Positions 26,569 through 36,639 of a stretch of DNA of 64,000 nt are shown here, piece after piece; position 1 is the first letter of the stretch; the number at the start of each line of letters is the position of its first letter. The translations under genes and the position numbers were made by a program. The DNA comes from a bacterium. Its GTDB lineage: Bacteria > CG03. The notes beneath the pieces were generated by a model, which worked only from the letters and a program-made list of their open reading frames with translations, searched no databases and was not told where the DNA came from. The DNA lies in the NCBI GenBank assembly GCA_043825615.1, contig JBDRRS010000003.1, positions 56,090 to 120,089 of the forward strand, read 5' to 3'.

Positions 26569-26811
26569 ATGCAAAGAAAACCGTTTAAGAGAAAATTTGT
26601 GAGGAAGAAAAGGCCGCCTCGGCCGTGCAGGTTTTGCACTGCGAAAATGGAAATTGATTACAAAAACGTGAGAGTTCTGAGGAATTACGTCGGCGACAAT
26701 GCCCGCATTCTGCCGTCGTCCATAACAGGAACATGTCCCAGACATCAGAGGGCTCTTACGCTCGCGATAAAAAGAGCGAGGCAGATTGCTCTGCTGCCTT
26801 ACGTGATGTAA
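26569..26811 (+). CDS. rpsR: 30S ribosomal protein S18
   Basis: CRFC...[13 protein letters not shown]...[26 protein letters not shown]. Confidence 0.95.
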   Translation: MQRKPFKRKFVRKKRPPRPCRFCTAKMEIDYKNVRVLRNYVGDNARILPSSITGTCPRHQRALTLAIKRARQIALLPYVM

Positions 26812-27672
26812 GTGGTTTTGTTCTTCAGGGTTATCTCGTCCTTCATTTTTTTTGTTTTTCTCGCCCAGGTTTTCCCCGTTTTTTATTTTCCGGGATCCTG
26901 CGGGCTGGGTGTTCTCAGGTCTTACGGCAGAAACTCCGAGGTCGTGCTTTTCTGCGGAGTTCTGGCTGCTGCGATATTTTTCATTCCATCCGGGTTCTGG
27001 GCGGTTTTTGCCGCCGTTACGGCTCTGAGCGGTTTTTTTGCCGGCAGGTCTTTGAAGACCGCCGGAAAATATTTTGCCGTTTTTTCGGGCGTTTTTTCGG
27101 GTCTGCTGACACTGTGGCTGCTTTTTTATGTTTTTTCGAAGCTGGATTTTACAGACGCTTTTTTAAATAAAATCAGCCGCGTTCTGCTGTACACCTTCGC
27201 GGGACAGAAAGAAATGGTGCTGGAAGGGTCTTTTGCGTTTGAAACGGCGGAGATTCTCCCCGCCATCGTTTTCATGTTTGCCGTCGCCGGTTTTTTTCTG
27301 AATACGGGCATAATCGGATTTCTGCTGAAGGGCGGAAAAGACATATTTCAGGATACCGCAATTATTCCCGCTCCAATTTACCTTTTAACCGGTTCAATCG
27401 CCGGAGGATTTTTTTACGAGAGCCCGTTCAGCCGGTTTGTTTTTAAAAATGTTTTCGTAATTTCGGTCTTCTTTTTTTTCATAAAGGGGCTGGAAATTTT
27501 CTGGTTTCTCCTGTCACGGCACGGGGTTCCCGCCTTTTTCAAAGTCGGTTTTATGATTTTTTTTGTTTTTATATATCCTGTTCCGGCTGTCACGGGTATT
27601 TTGAATACGTGGATTGACTTCAGGGGGGGAAATAAAAAGAGGGAGGAAAAAAGTGAAGATAATTCTTGCTGA
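26812..27672 (+). CDS. Polytopic membrane protein, DUF2232/YybS-like by position
   Basis: Many hydrophobic helices. It sits between rpsR and rplI as yybS does in Firmicutes. GTG start directly after the rpsR stop. Confidence 0.5.
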   Translation: MVLFFRVISSFIFFVFLAQVFPVFYFPGSCGLGVLRSYGRNSEVVLFCGVLAAAIFFIPSGFWAVFAAVTALSGFFAGRSLKTAGKYFAVFSGVFSGLLTLWLLFYVFSKLDFTDAFLNKISRVLLYTFAGQKEMVLEGSFAFETAEILPAIVFMFAVAGFFLNTGIIGFLLKGGKDIFQDTAIIPAPIYLLTGSIAGGFFYESPFSRFVFKNVFVISVFFFFIKGLEIFWFLLSRHGVPAFFKVGFMIFFVFIYPVPAVTGILNTWIDFRGGNKKREEKSEDNSC

Positions 27673-28099
27673 AAATGTCGTCAATCTCGGCGATATAGGC
27701 GAAGTTAAAGATGTTAAGGAGGGGTTTGCGAGAAACTATCTCCTTCCGAAGGGTATGGCTTATCCAGCGACGGCGAACGAAATAAAACGCGTTGACAAAA
27801 TTAAGGCGCGGTATATTGAGCGCAAGGGGCGTGAACTCCAGAAGGCGCAGGCAACGGCGGCGCGCCTGAAAGACACGGAACTCAATATCGTCCGTCCCGT
27901 GCACGAGGAAAAGAAACTTTTCGGCGCTGTTTCGCCGGCTGAAATCGCCTCGGCTCTTCTCGAAAAAGGCATTGAAATAGATAAGAAACGGATTGTCATG
28001 AAGGACGCCATAAGGGAAGTGGGAATTTATGAGGTTTCGGTAAAAATTCATCCGGAAGTAGAAGCAAAGCTGAAGATTTGGGTCACGCCGAAAGAGTGA
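27653..28099 (+). CDS. rplI: 50S ribosomal protein L9
   Basis: (V)KIILAENVVNLGDIGEVKDVKEGFARNYLLPKG. GTG at 27653 is preceded by gggagg. Confidence 0.9.
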   Translation: MKIILAENVVNLGDIGEVKDVKEGFARNYLLPKGMAYPATANEIKRVDKIKARYIERKGRELQKAQATAARLKDTELNIVRPVHEEKKLFGAVSPAEIASALLEKGIEIDKKRIVMKDAIREVGIYEVSVKIHPEVEAKLKIWVTPKE

Positions 28100-28104
28100 T
28101 AGTT

Positions 28105-28125
28105 GGGGACATAATCCCTGTCCCC
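28105..28125 (+). terminator. Hairpin after rplI (GGGGACA-7nt-TGTCCCC), no U-tract
   Basis: A 7-bp perfect stem lies 6 nt after the rplI stop. Confidence 0.3.
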
Positions 28126-28145
28126 TTCCGTATAGGAGGGAGCGT

Positions 28146-29561
28146 TTGAAAATGGAGAGAGAGGCAGTTTCTGCCGAAGTTCAGAATATTAAAATTCCGC
28201 CGCACGACCTTGAAGCGGAAAAGGCGGTTTTGGGTGCCGTTCTGATAGACGCTAAACTTATTCACGATGTCCTCGGCATACTTGGAATAAATTCTGATGT
28301 TTTTTACGACGAGAAAAACAAAAAAATATATTTGGCGATGCTTGAACTCCTGCAGAACTCGACGCCGATAGACCTTCTGACGCTGAAATCAAATATCGAC
28401 CAGAAGCACGAACTCGACCGTATCGGCGGGATGGATTATCTGACGTCGCTGGTGGAAACGGTGGAAGTTTCGGCCAACGCCGAAGAATACGCGCATATCG
28501 TGAAGGACAAGTATCTCTTAAGAGCGCTGATTGAGGCAAGCAGCGATGTGATAAATATGTGTCTCAAGGAGAAAAAATCGACTTCCGTTATTCTGGATAA
28601 ATCGGCGAAGAGGATTCTGGACGTCACATACGACAGGGTAACGTCGTCGGACTTTGACCGCCTGGGAGAACTCGGAAAAAGTTTTCTCACCGAAATAGGA
28701 AGCAGCCGACCCCGCGGGACTCTGAAATTCGGTTTCAGGGAACTCGACAGCAGGACGTTCGGCCTTCACCAGGGCGAACTCATCATTATTGCGGCGCGCC
28801 CCTCGGTGGGGAAAACGACTTTCGGAACAAATATTTGTCTGAATGTCGCCCGCCAGCTCGTAAAGGACTATAAAGGCGAAAAGCCGCCGGCGGTTTGTAT
28901 CTTCTCTCTGGAAATGTCTTCCGACGAACTTTTAAGAAGAGTCCTTTCCGCCGAGGCGCACATTGCAATGAACCGGCTGAGGTATGAAACTCTTGACCAG
29001 TGCATCACGAGCAAAGACGAAAGCAGAATAAACAGCACGATAAACAAAATGCAGGGTTACCCTGTTTTTATCGACGGCTCATCCACGCCGACCGTTCTTG
29101 AGATGAAAGCGAAAGCCCGCCGCCTTCAGACGGAAAGAGGCATAGGGCTTATCCTTGTTGATTATATTCAGCTGATGCCGGGCAGCATGGGCGGCGTAAA
29201 GTACAGGCAGTTTGAAATCGCCGAGATATCGAGGAGCCTGAAACTGATGGCGAAGGATTTGGGCGTTCCGGTCATAGCCATTTCGCAGTTATCGAGGGAA
29301 GTTGAGAAAAGGACCGGAAAATCAGCGAAGCCGCGGCTTTCCGATTTAAGGGATTCCGGCGCCATCGAGCAGGACGCCGACCTTGTTCTTTTCCTTCACC
29401 GGTCTGATGAGACGGACGATGGTAACGCTAATCCCGTTATGGAAGTAATAATAGGCAAGCAGAGAAACGGGGCGCTGGGCACGATAAATCTCAAGTTCCG
29501 CAAAGAATTTTCGCAGTTCGCCGAACTTGAAAAAACATTCGGGGAAGAAGAGCCGGCATGA
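28146..29561 (+). CDS. dnaB: Replicative DNA helicase
   Basis: Motifs PPHDLEAEKAVLGAVL, Walker A ARPSVGKTTF, LILVDYIQLM, SQLSREVE and KQRNG. The start is either TTG 28146 or ATG 28152. Confidence 0.95.
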   Translation: MKMEREAVSAEVQNIKIPPHDLEAEKAVLGAVLIDAKLIHDVLGILGINSDVFYDEKNKKIYLAMLELLQNSTPIDLLTLKSNIDQKHELDRIGGMDYLTSLVETVEVSANAEEYAHIVKDKYLLRALIEASSDVINMCLKEKKSTSVILDKSAKRILDVTYDRVTSSDFDRLGELGKSFLTEIGSSRPRGTLKFGFRELDSRTFGLHQGELIIIAARPSVGKTTFGTNICLNVARQLVKDYKGEKPPAVCIFSLEMSSDELLRRVLSAEAHIAMNRLRYETLDQCITSKDESRINSTINKMQGYPVFIDGSSTPTVLEMKAKARRLQTERGIGLILVDYIQLMPGSMGGVKYRQFEIAEISRSLKLMAKDLGVPVIAISQLSREVEKRTGKSAKPRLSDLRDSGAIEQDADLVLFLHRSDETDDGNANPVMEVIIGKQRNGALGTINLKFRKEFSQFAELEKTFGEEEPA

Positions 29562-30634
29562 TATTAAGGCCAACTGTCTGTAAAATTAATCTGAAAAACC
29601 TCGATGCGAACTACGGATTTCTGAGAAAAATTTCTCCCGTCATCGCTGTTGTTAAAGCGGACGCTTACGGTCACGGCGCCGTGGAGGTCTCAAAAACGCT
29701 TCAGCGCCGGAACATTAAAATGTTTGCGGTGGCTCTGATTGAGGAAGGCATTGTTCTGAGGAAGCAGGGAATAAAAAAACCCATTCTGATAGGCGGCAGC
29801 ATTTATCCGTTCGGCAATTTCAGGGAAGTGATAAAATATAACCTGACTCCGACGATTGCCTCCGTCGCGTCGGCGGAAGCCCTGTCCGGGATTGCCCGAA
29901 GGCCCGTTTTGGTGCACGTCAAGGTTGACTGCGGGATGAACAGAATAGGGCTGAAAATACGAAATGCTTACGCCGGAATTCTTGCAATCTCAAACATGAA
30001 AAACATTTTAATAGGCGGCGTTTATACGCATTTTCCGAGCGCCGACTGCGACATTCCTCTCACGGCGAAACAGGCGGGTGAATTTATTGAACTTAAAAAG
30101 AAACTTGAGGCGCCGGGAATATGTTTCCACGCTTCAAACACGGCGGCTCTGCGGCTCCCGCACCCCGCATTTGATATGATTCGCCCGGGACTCGGAATCT
30201 ACGGGCTCAAACCGTATCCCGGATTCAGGGGGATAAAACCGGTGATGAGCGTTCACACAAAAATTGTGTTTCTGAAAAAAATAAAAAAAGGCGAGAAAGT
30301 TTCTTACGGCGGCTCCTGGTCCGCCAAAAAGCAAACGACCCTTGCAACGCTCCCGATCGGTTATGCCGACGGGATAAGGCGCGAACTTTCAAACAGGGGT
30401 TCCGTCATAATACGGGGGAGAAGGTTTCCCATCGCCGGAAGGGTCTGTATGGATATGCTCATGGTTGACGTGACGGATTTGAAGAGGCCTAAAATCGGCG
30501 AAGACGCCGTGCTGATGGGGCGGGAGGGGCGCGAGCAGATTTCCGCCGAGGAAATCGCCGGAATCTGCGGAACGATAAACTATGAAATAACCTGCGGAAT
30601 TTCTGCGAGGGTCCCGAGGGTCTGCGTGCGATGA
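29558..30634 (+). CDS. alr: Alanine racemase
   Basis: AVVKADAYGHGA contains the PLP-binding lysine. Also PIGYADG, RVCMDM and YEITC. Confidence 0.9.
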   Translation: MILRPTVCKINLKNLDANYGFLRKISPVIAVVKADAYGHGAVEVSKTLQRRNIKMFAVALIEEGIVLRKQGIKKPILIGGSIYPFGNFREVIKYNLTPTIASVASAEALSGIARRPVLVHVKVDCGMNRIGLKIRNAYAGILAISNMKNILIGGVYTHFPSADCDIPLTAKQAGEFIELKKKLEAPGICFHASNTAALRLPHPAFDMIRPGLGIYGLKPYPGFRGIKPVMSVHTKIVFLKKIKKGEKVSYGGSWSAKKQTTLATLPIGYADGIRRELSNRGSVIIRGRRFPIAGRVCMDMLMVDVTDLKRPKIGEDAVLMGREGREQISAEEIAGICGTINYEITCGISARVPRVCVR

Positions 30635-31395
30635 AAAAGCATATCACCGGTTTTCTGGAAAATCTGGGCGAGGCCTCGGAGATTTTTTATAAAACGGTGA
30701 AATCCGTTTTTACGAAACGTATTGAATTCGGGAATACCCTCGACCAGGTGATAAAAATAGGGAACCAGTCGGTTGCTCTCGTCATTTTATGCGGCTTTTT
30801 TACGGGGATGGTTCTGGCTCTTCAGACGGGAGAGACATTTCTCGGTATTTTCAACGAACCGATATATGTCGGTCTTGTCGTCGGGTATGCAATAATTTTA
30901 GAGTTAGGTCCGGTGCTTACCGCAATTGTCGTTACCGGACGGGCGGGGGCCGCGATGACCGCCGAAATCGGGACGATGAAAGTTACGGAACAGATTGACG
31001 CCCTTTACACTCTCGGTACGGAACCCATCAGGTATATTCTGGTACCGAGGTTTCTCGCTTTTATGATTGCTCTGCCGTTTCTCACGCTGTTTTCCAACTG
31101 CGCGGGTATTTTAGGCGGGCTTGTCGTCGCAATGTATAAACTGCAGGTCCCGTTTTCAAAATACTGGGAAGAGATTACAAGGATGGGCGTAGAGGATTTG
31201 ATGCACGGTTTAATAAAGAGCGTTTTTTTTGCGGTGATAATTGTGTGGGTTTCCTGTTTCAACGGTCTGAAAACATCCGGCGGTGCGGAGGGCGTCGGGA
31301 AAGCGACGACAAGCGCCGTCGTCGTTTCCATGGTGCTGATTATTGCGACGGATTATTTCCTCACGTCTCTCCTGATAAGCATAGGAATAGGATGA
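30631..31395 (+). CDS. mlaE: MlaE-family ABC transporter permease
   Basis: ELGPVLTAIVVTGRAGAAMTAEIGTMKVTEQIDAL. Confidence 0.85.
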   Translation: MKKHITGFLENLGEASEIFYKTVKSVFTKRIEFGNTLDQVIKIGNQSVALVILCGFFTGMVLALQTGETFLGIFNEPIYVGLVVGYAIILELGPVLTAIVVTGRAGAAMTAEIGTMKVTEQIDALYTLGTEPIRYILVPRFLAFMIALPFLTLFSNCAGILGGLVVAMYKLQVPFSKYWEEITRMGVEDLMHGLIKSVFFAVIIVWVSCFNGLKTSGGAEGVGKATTSAVVVSMVLIIATDYFLTSLLISIGIG

Positions 31396-31439
31396 AAAAG
31401 ACAACGGTTATTTTTCAAAAGAGGTTGTAGAAGGAAAAT

Positions 31440-32174
31440 ATGGGAATTGAAATAAAAAACCTTTACAAAAGTTTCAACGGCCGGAATGTGCTGAAGGGTT
31501 TGAATTTAAAAATTCCGGACAAAGAAGTTTTAACGATAATCGGCGCAAGCGGGATGGGCAAGTCCGTTCTTTTCAAGAACATTGTGGGGCTTTTAAAGCC
31601 GGATTCGGGGAGCATTCTGGTGGACGGGACGGACATTACGAAAATCGGCGAGGACGAACTTCTGAAAGTTCAGACAAAATTCGGAATGCTTTTTCAGGGG
31701 TCGGCCCTTTTTGACTCTCTTGATGTTTTTGAAAATGTCGCCTTCGGTATAAGACACCTCACGAAAATGAACGATGCGCAGATTAAGAGAAAGGTCAGGG
31801 ATGTTCTTGAAATGGTGTCTCTCCCGTCTGCGGAGCGGATGCAGGTTTACGCTCTTTCGGGCGGAATGAAAAAAAGAGTGGCGCTTGCGCGTGCGATAGC
31901 GACGTCGCCGGAATATCTTTTTTACGACGAACCGACGACGGGGCTTGACCCTGTTCTTGCCGAATCTATAAACGACCTGATTGTGAAAATAAACAGGGAA
32001 CTTAAAATAACGTCAATCGCCGTTACTCACGATATGCACTCCGCGTTCAAGGTCTCGCACAGAATCGCTTTTCTCTATGACGGGGTGATTAAAACAATCG
32101 GTACGGGAGAAGAAATAAAAAAGACGGAACTGCAGAGTTTGAAAGATTTTATAGGGGCTTCCAATGCGGAGTAA
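31440..32174 (+). CDS. mlaF: MlaF-family ABC transporter ATP-binding protein
   Basis: Walker A GASGMGKS, signature LSGGMKKRVALARA, Walker B LFYDEPTTGLD. Confidence 0.85.
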   Translation: MGIEIKNLYKSFNGRNVLKGLNLKIPDKEVLTIIGASGMGKSVLFKNIVGLLKPDSGSILVDGTDITKIGEDELLKVQTKFGMLFQGSALFDSLDVFENVAFGIRHLTKMNDAQIKRKVRDVLEMVSLPSAERMQVYALSGGMKKRVALARAIATSPEYLFYDEPTTGLDPVLAESINDLIVKINRELKITSIAVTHDMHSAFKVSHRIAFLYDGVIKTIGTGEEIKKTELQSLKDFIGASNAE

Positions 32175-32224
32175 GTTTAATCCGTCTGCGGCGGCCGCGC
32201 ACTATATGCGGATAAGGAGCGCTT

Positions 32225-33553
32225 ATGACAAATAAGATAAGAGTGGGGCTTTTCGTTTTAATCGGGGCGAGCGTGCTTGCCGTTGTAATTGTGATTTTAG
32301 GTAAAATTAATATCCGTCCCGGCTACAGGTTTAATATTATTTTTGACGATATTTCAGGTCTCACCACGGATTCTCCCGTAAGAATCGCAGGGGTGCAGGT
32401 CGGGAAAGTTCTGAGTTTTGAAATTACCAAGGACGGGAAAGCCATGGTGACCGTCAGGATTGACCAAAAATACAGAATATATCACGGCTGTACCGTGAGG
32501 GTCGTTTCAACTGGCGTCATCGGGACGAAATACCTGCAGATAACCACGGGGGGAATAGACAAACCTCTCATAAAAGACGGCGAGGTCATAATGGGGCTCT
32601 CGTCGGTGAGTATTGAAGAAATTCTGGAATCCCTGAAACCGGCCACGGGCGAGGAGCCGCTCGGCGAAGTCCTCCGCGGGGCAATAGAAAATATCAGGAG
32701 CATAACGGGAAAAATTGATATGGGAATTGAGGACGAAAACGACATTAAGAACATCGTTAAGAATATCAGAAGTTTTACCGATACCCTCAGGAAAAGGAGA
32801 GGCGATTTAGACAGGGCGCTTGACCGGTTTCCGGAACTTATTGAGTCGGCGCAGCAGGCGTTTGAAGGGATACAGGAACTTGCCGATAAACTGTCGGATT
32901 CCGAAGGCACTTTCGGGACTCTTGTTAACGACAAGAAAGTCGCCGGCGAGGTGAAGGAAACCGTTTCAAACCTGAAGCGCGCCACGGACTCCGCCCATAA
33001 AGTTCTCAACAGGATGACGGGTTTTAAGACGTTATGGGATTACAAACTTGATTACAACACGGATGACGGTAAATACAGGAACGACCTCGGAATAAAGATA
33101 ATGCCGCAGGAGAACAAGTTCTACTACCTGGGGGTGTCTAATATAAAGGAGAAATCCGGCGCAACTTACGATATGGCGACGAGCAGCGCGCCTGCCGCCG
33201 GTCAGAAAATAAGCTCGTTCAACGCTTACCTGGGTAAGACCTTCGGGAGGGTAACGATTTACGGCGGGCTTCTGCGATCATCGGGCGGTTTCGGTTTTTC
33301 ATTGAAACCCGTTAAATTTCTGTCGCTGAATTCCGAAGTTTACAGGTTTGACAGGAAGGTCGCAAGCGGCACGAAGCCGTGGGTTGACGTGACCGCCAGA
33401 ATAAGATTCGCAAGCTGGCTGTACGCAAACCTCGGCGCCGGCGATGTCCTCGAGGGAAAAGATATGCGTGTCGGGCTGAATTTTGTTTATGATGATGAAG
33501 ACCTGCCGTACCTTTTCGGTCTGGGCTCTCTCGCCACCTCAATGCCGAAATGA
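32225..33553 (+). CDS. mlaD: MlaD/MCE-domain protein with long coiled-coil and beta-rich C-terminal extension
   Basis: N-terminal TM helix and MCE core (FDDISGLTTDSPVRIAGVQVGKV). It follows mlaE and mlaF. Confidence 0.7.
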   Translation: MTNKIRVGLFVLIGASVLAVVIVILGKINIRPGYRFNIIFDDISGLTTDSPVRIAGVQVGKVLSFEITKDGKAMVTVRIDQKYRIYHGCTVRVVSTGVIGTKYLQITTGGIDKPLIKDGEVIMGLSSVSIEEILESLKPATGEEPLGEVLRGAIENIRSITGKIDMGIEDENDIKNIVKNIRSFTDTLRKRRGDLDRALDRFPELIESAQQAFEGIQELADKLSDSEGTFGTLVNDKKVAGEVKETVSNLKRATDSAHKVLNRMTGFKTLWDYKLDYNTDDGKYRNDLGIKIMPQENKFYYLGVSNIKEKSGATYDMATSSAPAAGQKISSFNAYLGKTFGRVTIYGGLLRSSGGFGFSLKPVKFLSLNSEVYRFDRKVASGTKPWVDVTARIRFASWLYANLGAGDVLEGKDMRVGLNFVYDDEDLPYLFGLGSLATSMPK

Positions 33554-33586
33554 ATATTGAAGTGAGTATCACTTCCCGCTATTAAA

Positions 33587-34885
33587 ATGTTTGTCTGTAA
33601 GAACTGCGGTTATAAGTCAGCGCAGAAATTAGGGCAGTGCCCTTACTGCAGCAAGTGGGGGTCTTTTACGGAGGAAAAAAGTATTTCTTCCGGGAAGGTC
33701 TTTAGAAAAGCGGTGCGGATTTCCGAATTATCGGCAGGTGATTTCAAAAGAATTTCCGCCGGTTCTGCGGAAGTTGACGCTGTTCTCGGCGGCGGAATTG
33801 TGCAGGGTTCGGTTATTCTCCTCGCGGGACCTCCCGGGATAGGGAAATCCACGGTTATGCTCCAGATTGCGTCTTCCGTTTCGGGAGTTCTTTATGTCAC
33901 GGGCGAGGAGAGTTTATCGCAGGTCTGCCTGAGGTCAAAAAGAATAATGAAAGGACAAAACGTTCAACTCCTGGCGACACAGGATTTTGAAGAGGTTGCC
34001 TCGGAAATAAAACGGCTGAAACCGGCGGTGGTTATGATTGATTCCATTCAGTCGCTGAAGACCTCCGAGATATCCGGTTTCGCCGCGGCGCCTTCAATGA
34101 TGAAAGAAGTGACGGCCGGAATAGTCGGTATTGCAAAAACGCAGAATGTGTCTTTTATTCTTTCGGGGCACATTACGAAAGAGGGAATCCTGCAGGGACC
34201 AAAAATTCTTGAACACATGGTGGACGTCGTTCTTTATCTGGACGAAAGTCCCGTTCACGGTTACAGGATTCTGCATTCGACAAAAAACCGCTTCGGGAAC
34301 ACGCAGGAGTTTTCGGTTTTTCATATGTGCGGTGCCGGAATTGAACCGGTGGCCGATGCCTCAAAATTTTTTCTTGCGGGAAAACGGGATGCGCCGGGAA
34401 GCGTTGCCGTCTGCGCCTGTCAGGGGAGTTCTCCCTTCGCGGCGGAAATACAGGCGCTCATAAACCCGACGGCATTCCAGTATCCGAGGAGGCAGGTTAC
34501 GGGTCTTGACCTCAACAGGGTGTATCTCATTATCGCAATTCTCGAGCGTTTTCTGTCTCTCAGATTATCGTCATCCGATATTTATCTGAATGCCGCCGGA
34601 GGGATGAAAATCAACGAGCCCGCCGCCGACCTTGCAATTGCTGTTTCAATTATTTCGGCATTCAGGAAGTTTATCGTCCCGCAGGATTTCATATTCTCCG
34701 GCGAAATCGGGCTTACGGGAGAAATCAGGAACATTTCCAGAATAGAAGACAGGGTGAGGAAAGCCGGGAATCTCGGGTTTAAAAAAATGGTTCTTCCGCC
34801 GGTTGGAAAAAATATTTCTGGTAAAATGAAATTGTTTGAAGTAAGAAATATAAAGGAAGCGGCAAAGGTTATACAGGCAAAATGA
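33587..34885 (+). CDS. radA: DNA repair protein RadA/Sms
   Basis: Zinc finger CKNCGY...CPYC, Walker A GPPGIGKST, the KNRFG motif (STKNRFGNT), and a Lon-like C-terminal domain. Confidence 0.95.
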   Translation: MFVCKNCGYKSAQKLGQCPYCSKWGSFTEEKSISSGKVFRKAVRISELSAGDFKRISAGSAEVDAVLGGGIVQGSVILLAGPPGIGKSTVMLQIASSVSGVLYVTGEESLSQVCLRSKRIMKGQNVQLLATQDFEEVASEIKRLKPAVVMIDSIQSLKTSEISGFAAAPSMMKEVTAGIVGIAKTQNVSFILSGHITKEGILQGPKILEHMVDVVLYLDESPVHGYRILHSTKNRFGNTQEFSVFHMCGAGIEPVADASKFFLAGKRDAPGSVAVCACQGSSPFAAEIQALINPTAFQYPRRQVTGLDLNRVYLIIAILERFLSLRLSSSDIYLNAAGGMKINEPAADLAIAVSIISAFRKFIVPQDFIFSGEIGLTGEIRNISRIEDRVRKAGNLGFKKMVLPPVGKNISGKMKLFEVRNIKEAAKVIQAK

Positions 34886-34946
34886 CTACGAAATCCGATA
34901 TTTATCTTTTGCTTTCTGATATTTGATATTTTTATAGGGGGTTATT

Positions 34947-35936
34947 ATGGTTATGTGGTTTGCAAGGATTCTGATTATTATCGTGGGGCCCATCGTGGGT
35001 TATTTCCAGATTTCTTCCGGGCCGAAAGGTATTTTAATCGGCACGGGAGCGGCTTTAATTGTTATTTTTGTGGAATGGCTTATTGAAAAAGTTCCGCTTG
35101 ACGACATCATCGCGGCGTTTCTCGGTATTGTTATCGGGTTGATTACTGCGAAAGTTCTGGATTATCTCGTCGTTGTAACTTTCAGCGAAGAAATCGGGAG
35201 AGCATGGGTGAGGTATTCGCTCCTTTTGAAAATTGTTTTCGGTTATGTGGGTATGCTGCTCGCCGTAAAGAAAAAAAGCGAGTTATACCTGCTGGACAAA
35301 AACATTTCATTCACCTCAAAAAAACTCATTCCCGATAGCATCGTCGTTGACAGCTGCGTTCTTATTGAGGGAAGAATAATTGACGTTGCGAAATCGGGTT
35401 TTATCCTGACGGTGCTGGTTATTCCGAGGTTTATTATATCCGAACTCCAGACGCTCGCGGATTCCGCCGATGATTTGAAAAGAACCCGCGGCCGCAGGGG
35501 TCTTCAGACAATTTCGGCCATTGAAAAAAAAGACAGCGGCGTCAGGATGAAGATTTATGAGAAGGATTATCCCGAAATTCAGAAGACCGACGAAAAACTT
35601 TTGCAGTGCTGCAGGGCATTGAAAGCGCGGCTGATGACGACGGACTTCAATCTCGCCCAGGTTGCCGAAATAAGGGGCGTGCCGGTTCTGAACCTGAACG
35701 CTCTCGCTAAAGCGCTTAAGCCGATTGTTCTCCCCGGCGAGGCGCTTGAAATTTTCCTTCTCCGCGAGGGCAAGGAACACCGGCAGGCAGTGGGGTATCT
35801 TGATGACGGAACAATGGTGGTTGTGGAAGACGCCAGGAGGTTTATAGGTTCGAAGAGGAAGGTGGCCGTCACGAGTTCTCTTCAGACCGATGCGGGCAGA
35901 ATGATTTTTGCGAAACTTGATAATGGCGGGCGATAG
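34947..35936 (+). CDS. PIN/TRAM domain membrane-anchored protein (YacL-like)
   Basis: N-terminal TM helices, a PIN-like segment (VVDSCVLIEGRIIDV ... LMTTDFNL) and a TRAM-like end. It sits in the radA ... ispD position, as yacL does in Bacillus. Confidence 0.7.
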   Translation: MVMWFARILIIIVGPIVGYFQISSGPKGILIGTGAALIVIFVEWLIEKVPLDDIIAAFLGIVIGLITAKVLDYLVVVTFSEEIGRAWVRYSLLLKIVFGYVGMLLAVKKKSELYLLDKNISFTSKKLIPDSIVVDSCVLIEGRIIDVAKSGFILTVLVIPRFIISELQTLADSADDLKRTRGRRGLQTISAIEKKDSGVRMKIYEKDYPEIQKTDEKLLQCCRALKARLMTTDFNLAQVAEIRGVPVLNLNALAKALKPIVLPGEALEIFLLREGKEHRQAVGYLDDGTMVVVEDARRFIGSKRKVAVTSSLQTDAGRMIFAKLDNGGR

Positions 35937-36618
35937 GCCTTTTGCTTCAGCGGTTCTTCTCGCCGCAGGTTCGGGCAAAAGGGCGGGTTTGAAAATTCCG
36001 AAACAGTTCGTAAAATTAAACTCGCGTTTTCTTTTTGAATACAGTTTGAGAAAACTTGAGAAATCGAAGTTTATCCGCAGCATTGTTCTCGTCGTGCCGC
36101 GGGATTACGGAGGCGTGAGTAAACTGCGTAATCCGAAGGTAAAAATCGTTTTCGGAGGGTGCAGGAGGCAGGACTCTCTCTTAAACGGCGTCAGGGAAAT
36201 TTGTCCGCAAACGGAGGTCGTCCTTGTTCATGATTCCGCAAGGCCGTTCATTACGGAGAAAATGATAAAGATGTCTGTCCTGGCGGCGTACAGGTCCGGC
36301 GGCGCCGTTCTGGCCGTTCCCTGCAGGGACACGATGAAAGTTGCCGAATATGGTTTCGTAAAGAAAACCGTGCCGAGAAAAATGCTGTTCGAAGCTCAGA
36401 CGCCGCAGGCATTCAGAGCGGAATTTCTCGGCAGGATGAAAAAACTTCTGTCGGGAAAAACCGTTTTTACCGACGAGGCGGCGGTTCTTGAAAAAATGAG
36501 AGTCCCAGTGAAAATTATTGCAGCGGAGTCAATAAATATGAAAATAACAACGGCGGAGGATTTGAGAATTGCAGAGGTTTTAATGAAGAGTTCCGCGGGA
36601 AATTCCCGGCGGATTTAG
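35923..36618 (+). CDS. ispD: 2-C-methyl-D-erythritol 4-phosphate cytidylyltransferase
   Basis: Motifs AVLLAAGSGKR, VLVHDSARPF and QTPQAF. Confidence 0.85.
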   Translation: MAGDRPFASAVLLAAGSGKRAGLKIPKQFVKLNSRFLFEYSLRKLEKSKFIRSIVLVVPRDYGGVSKLRNPKVKIVFGGCRRQDSLLNGVREICPQTEVVLVHDSARPFITEKMIKMSVLAAYRSGGAVLAVPCRDTMKVAEYGFVKKTVPRKMLFEAQTPQAFRAEFLGRMKKLLSGKTVFTDEAAVLEKMRVPVKIIAAESINMKITTAEDLRIAEVLMKSSAGNSRRI

Positions 36619-36639
36619 CATTAAAGGAGGAAAACAGAG

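Noticed and set aside
26733-27170. A 145-aa ORF overlapping the rpsR end and the membrane-protein gene.
   Set aside because: It is an alternate frame of the hydrophobic DUF2232-like gene and its product is Cys/Arg/Phe-rich. The frame starting at 26812 gives coherent TM helices.
35316-36083. A 255-aa minus-strand ORF spanning the PIN/TRAM-ispD junction.
   Set aside because: It overlaps two plus-strand genes that have clear family signatures, and its composition is arginine/phenylalanine-rich.
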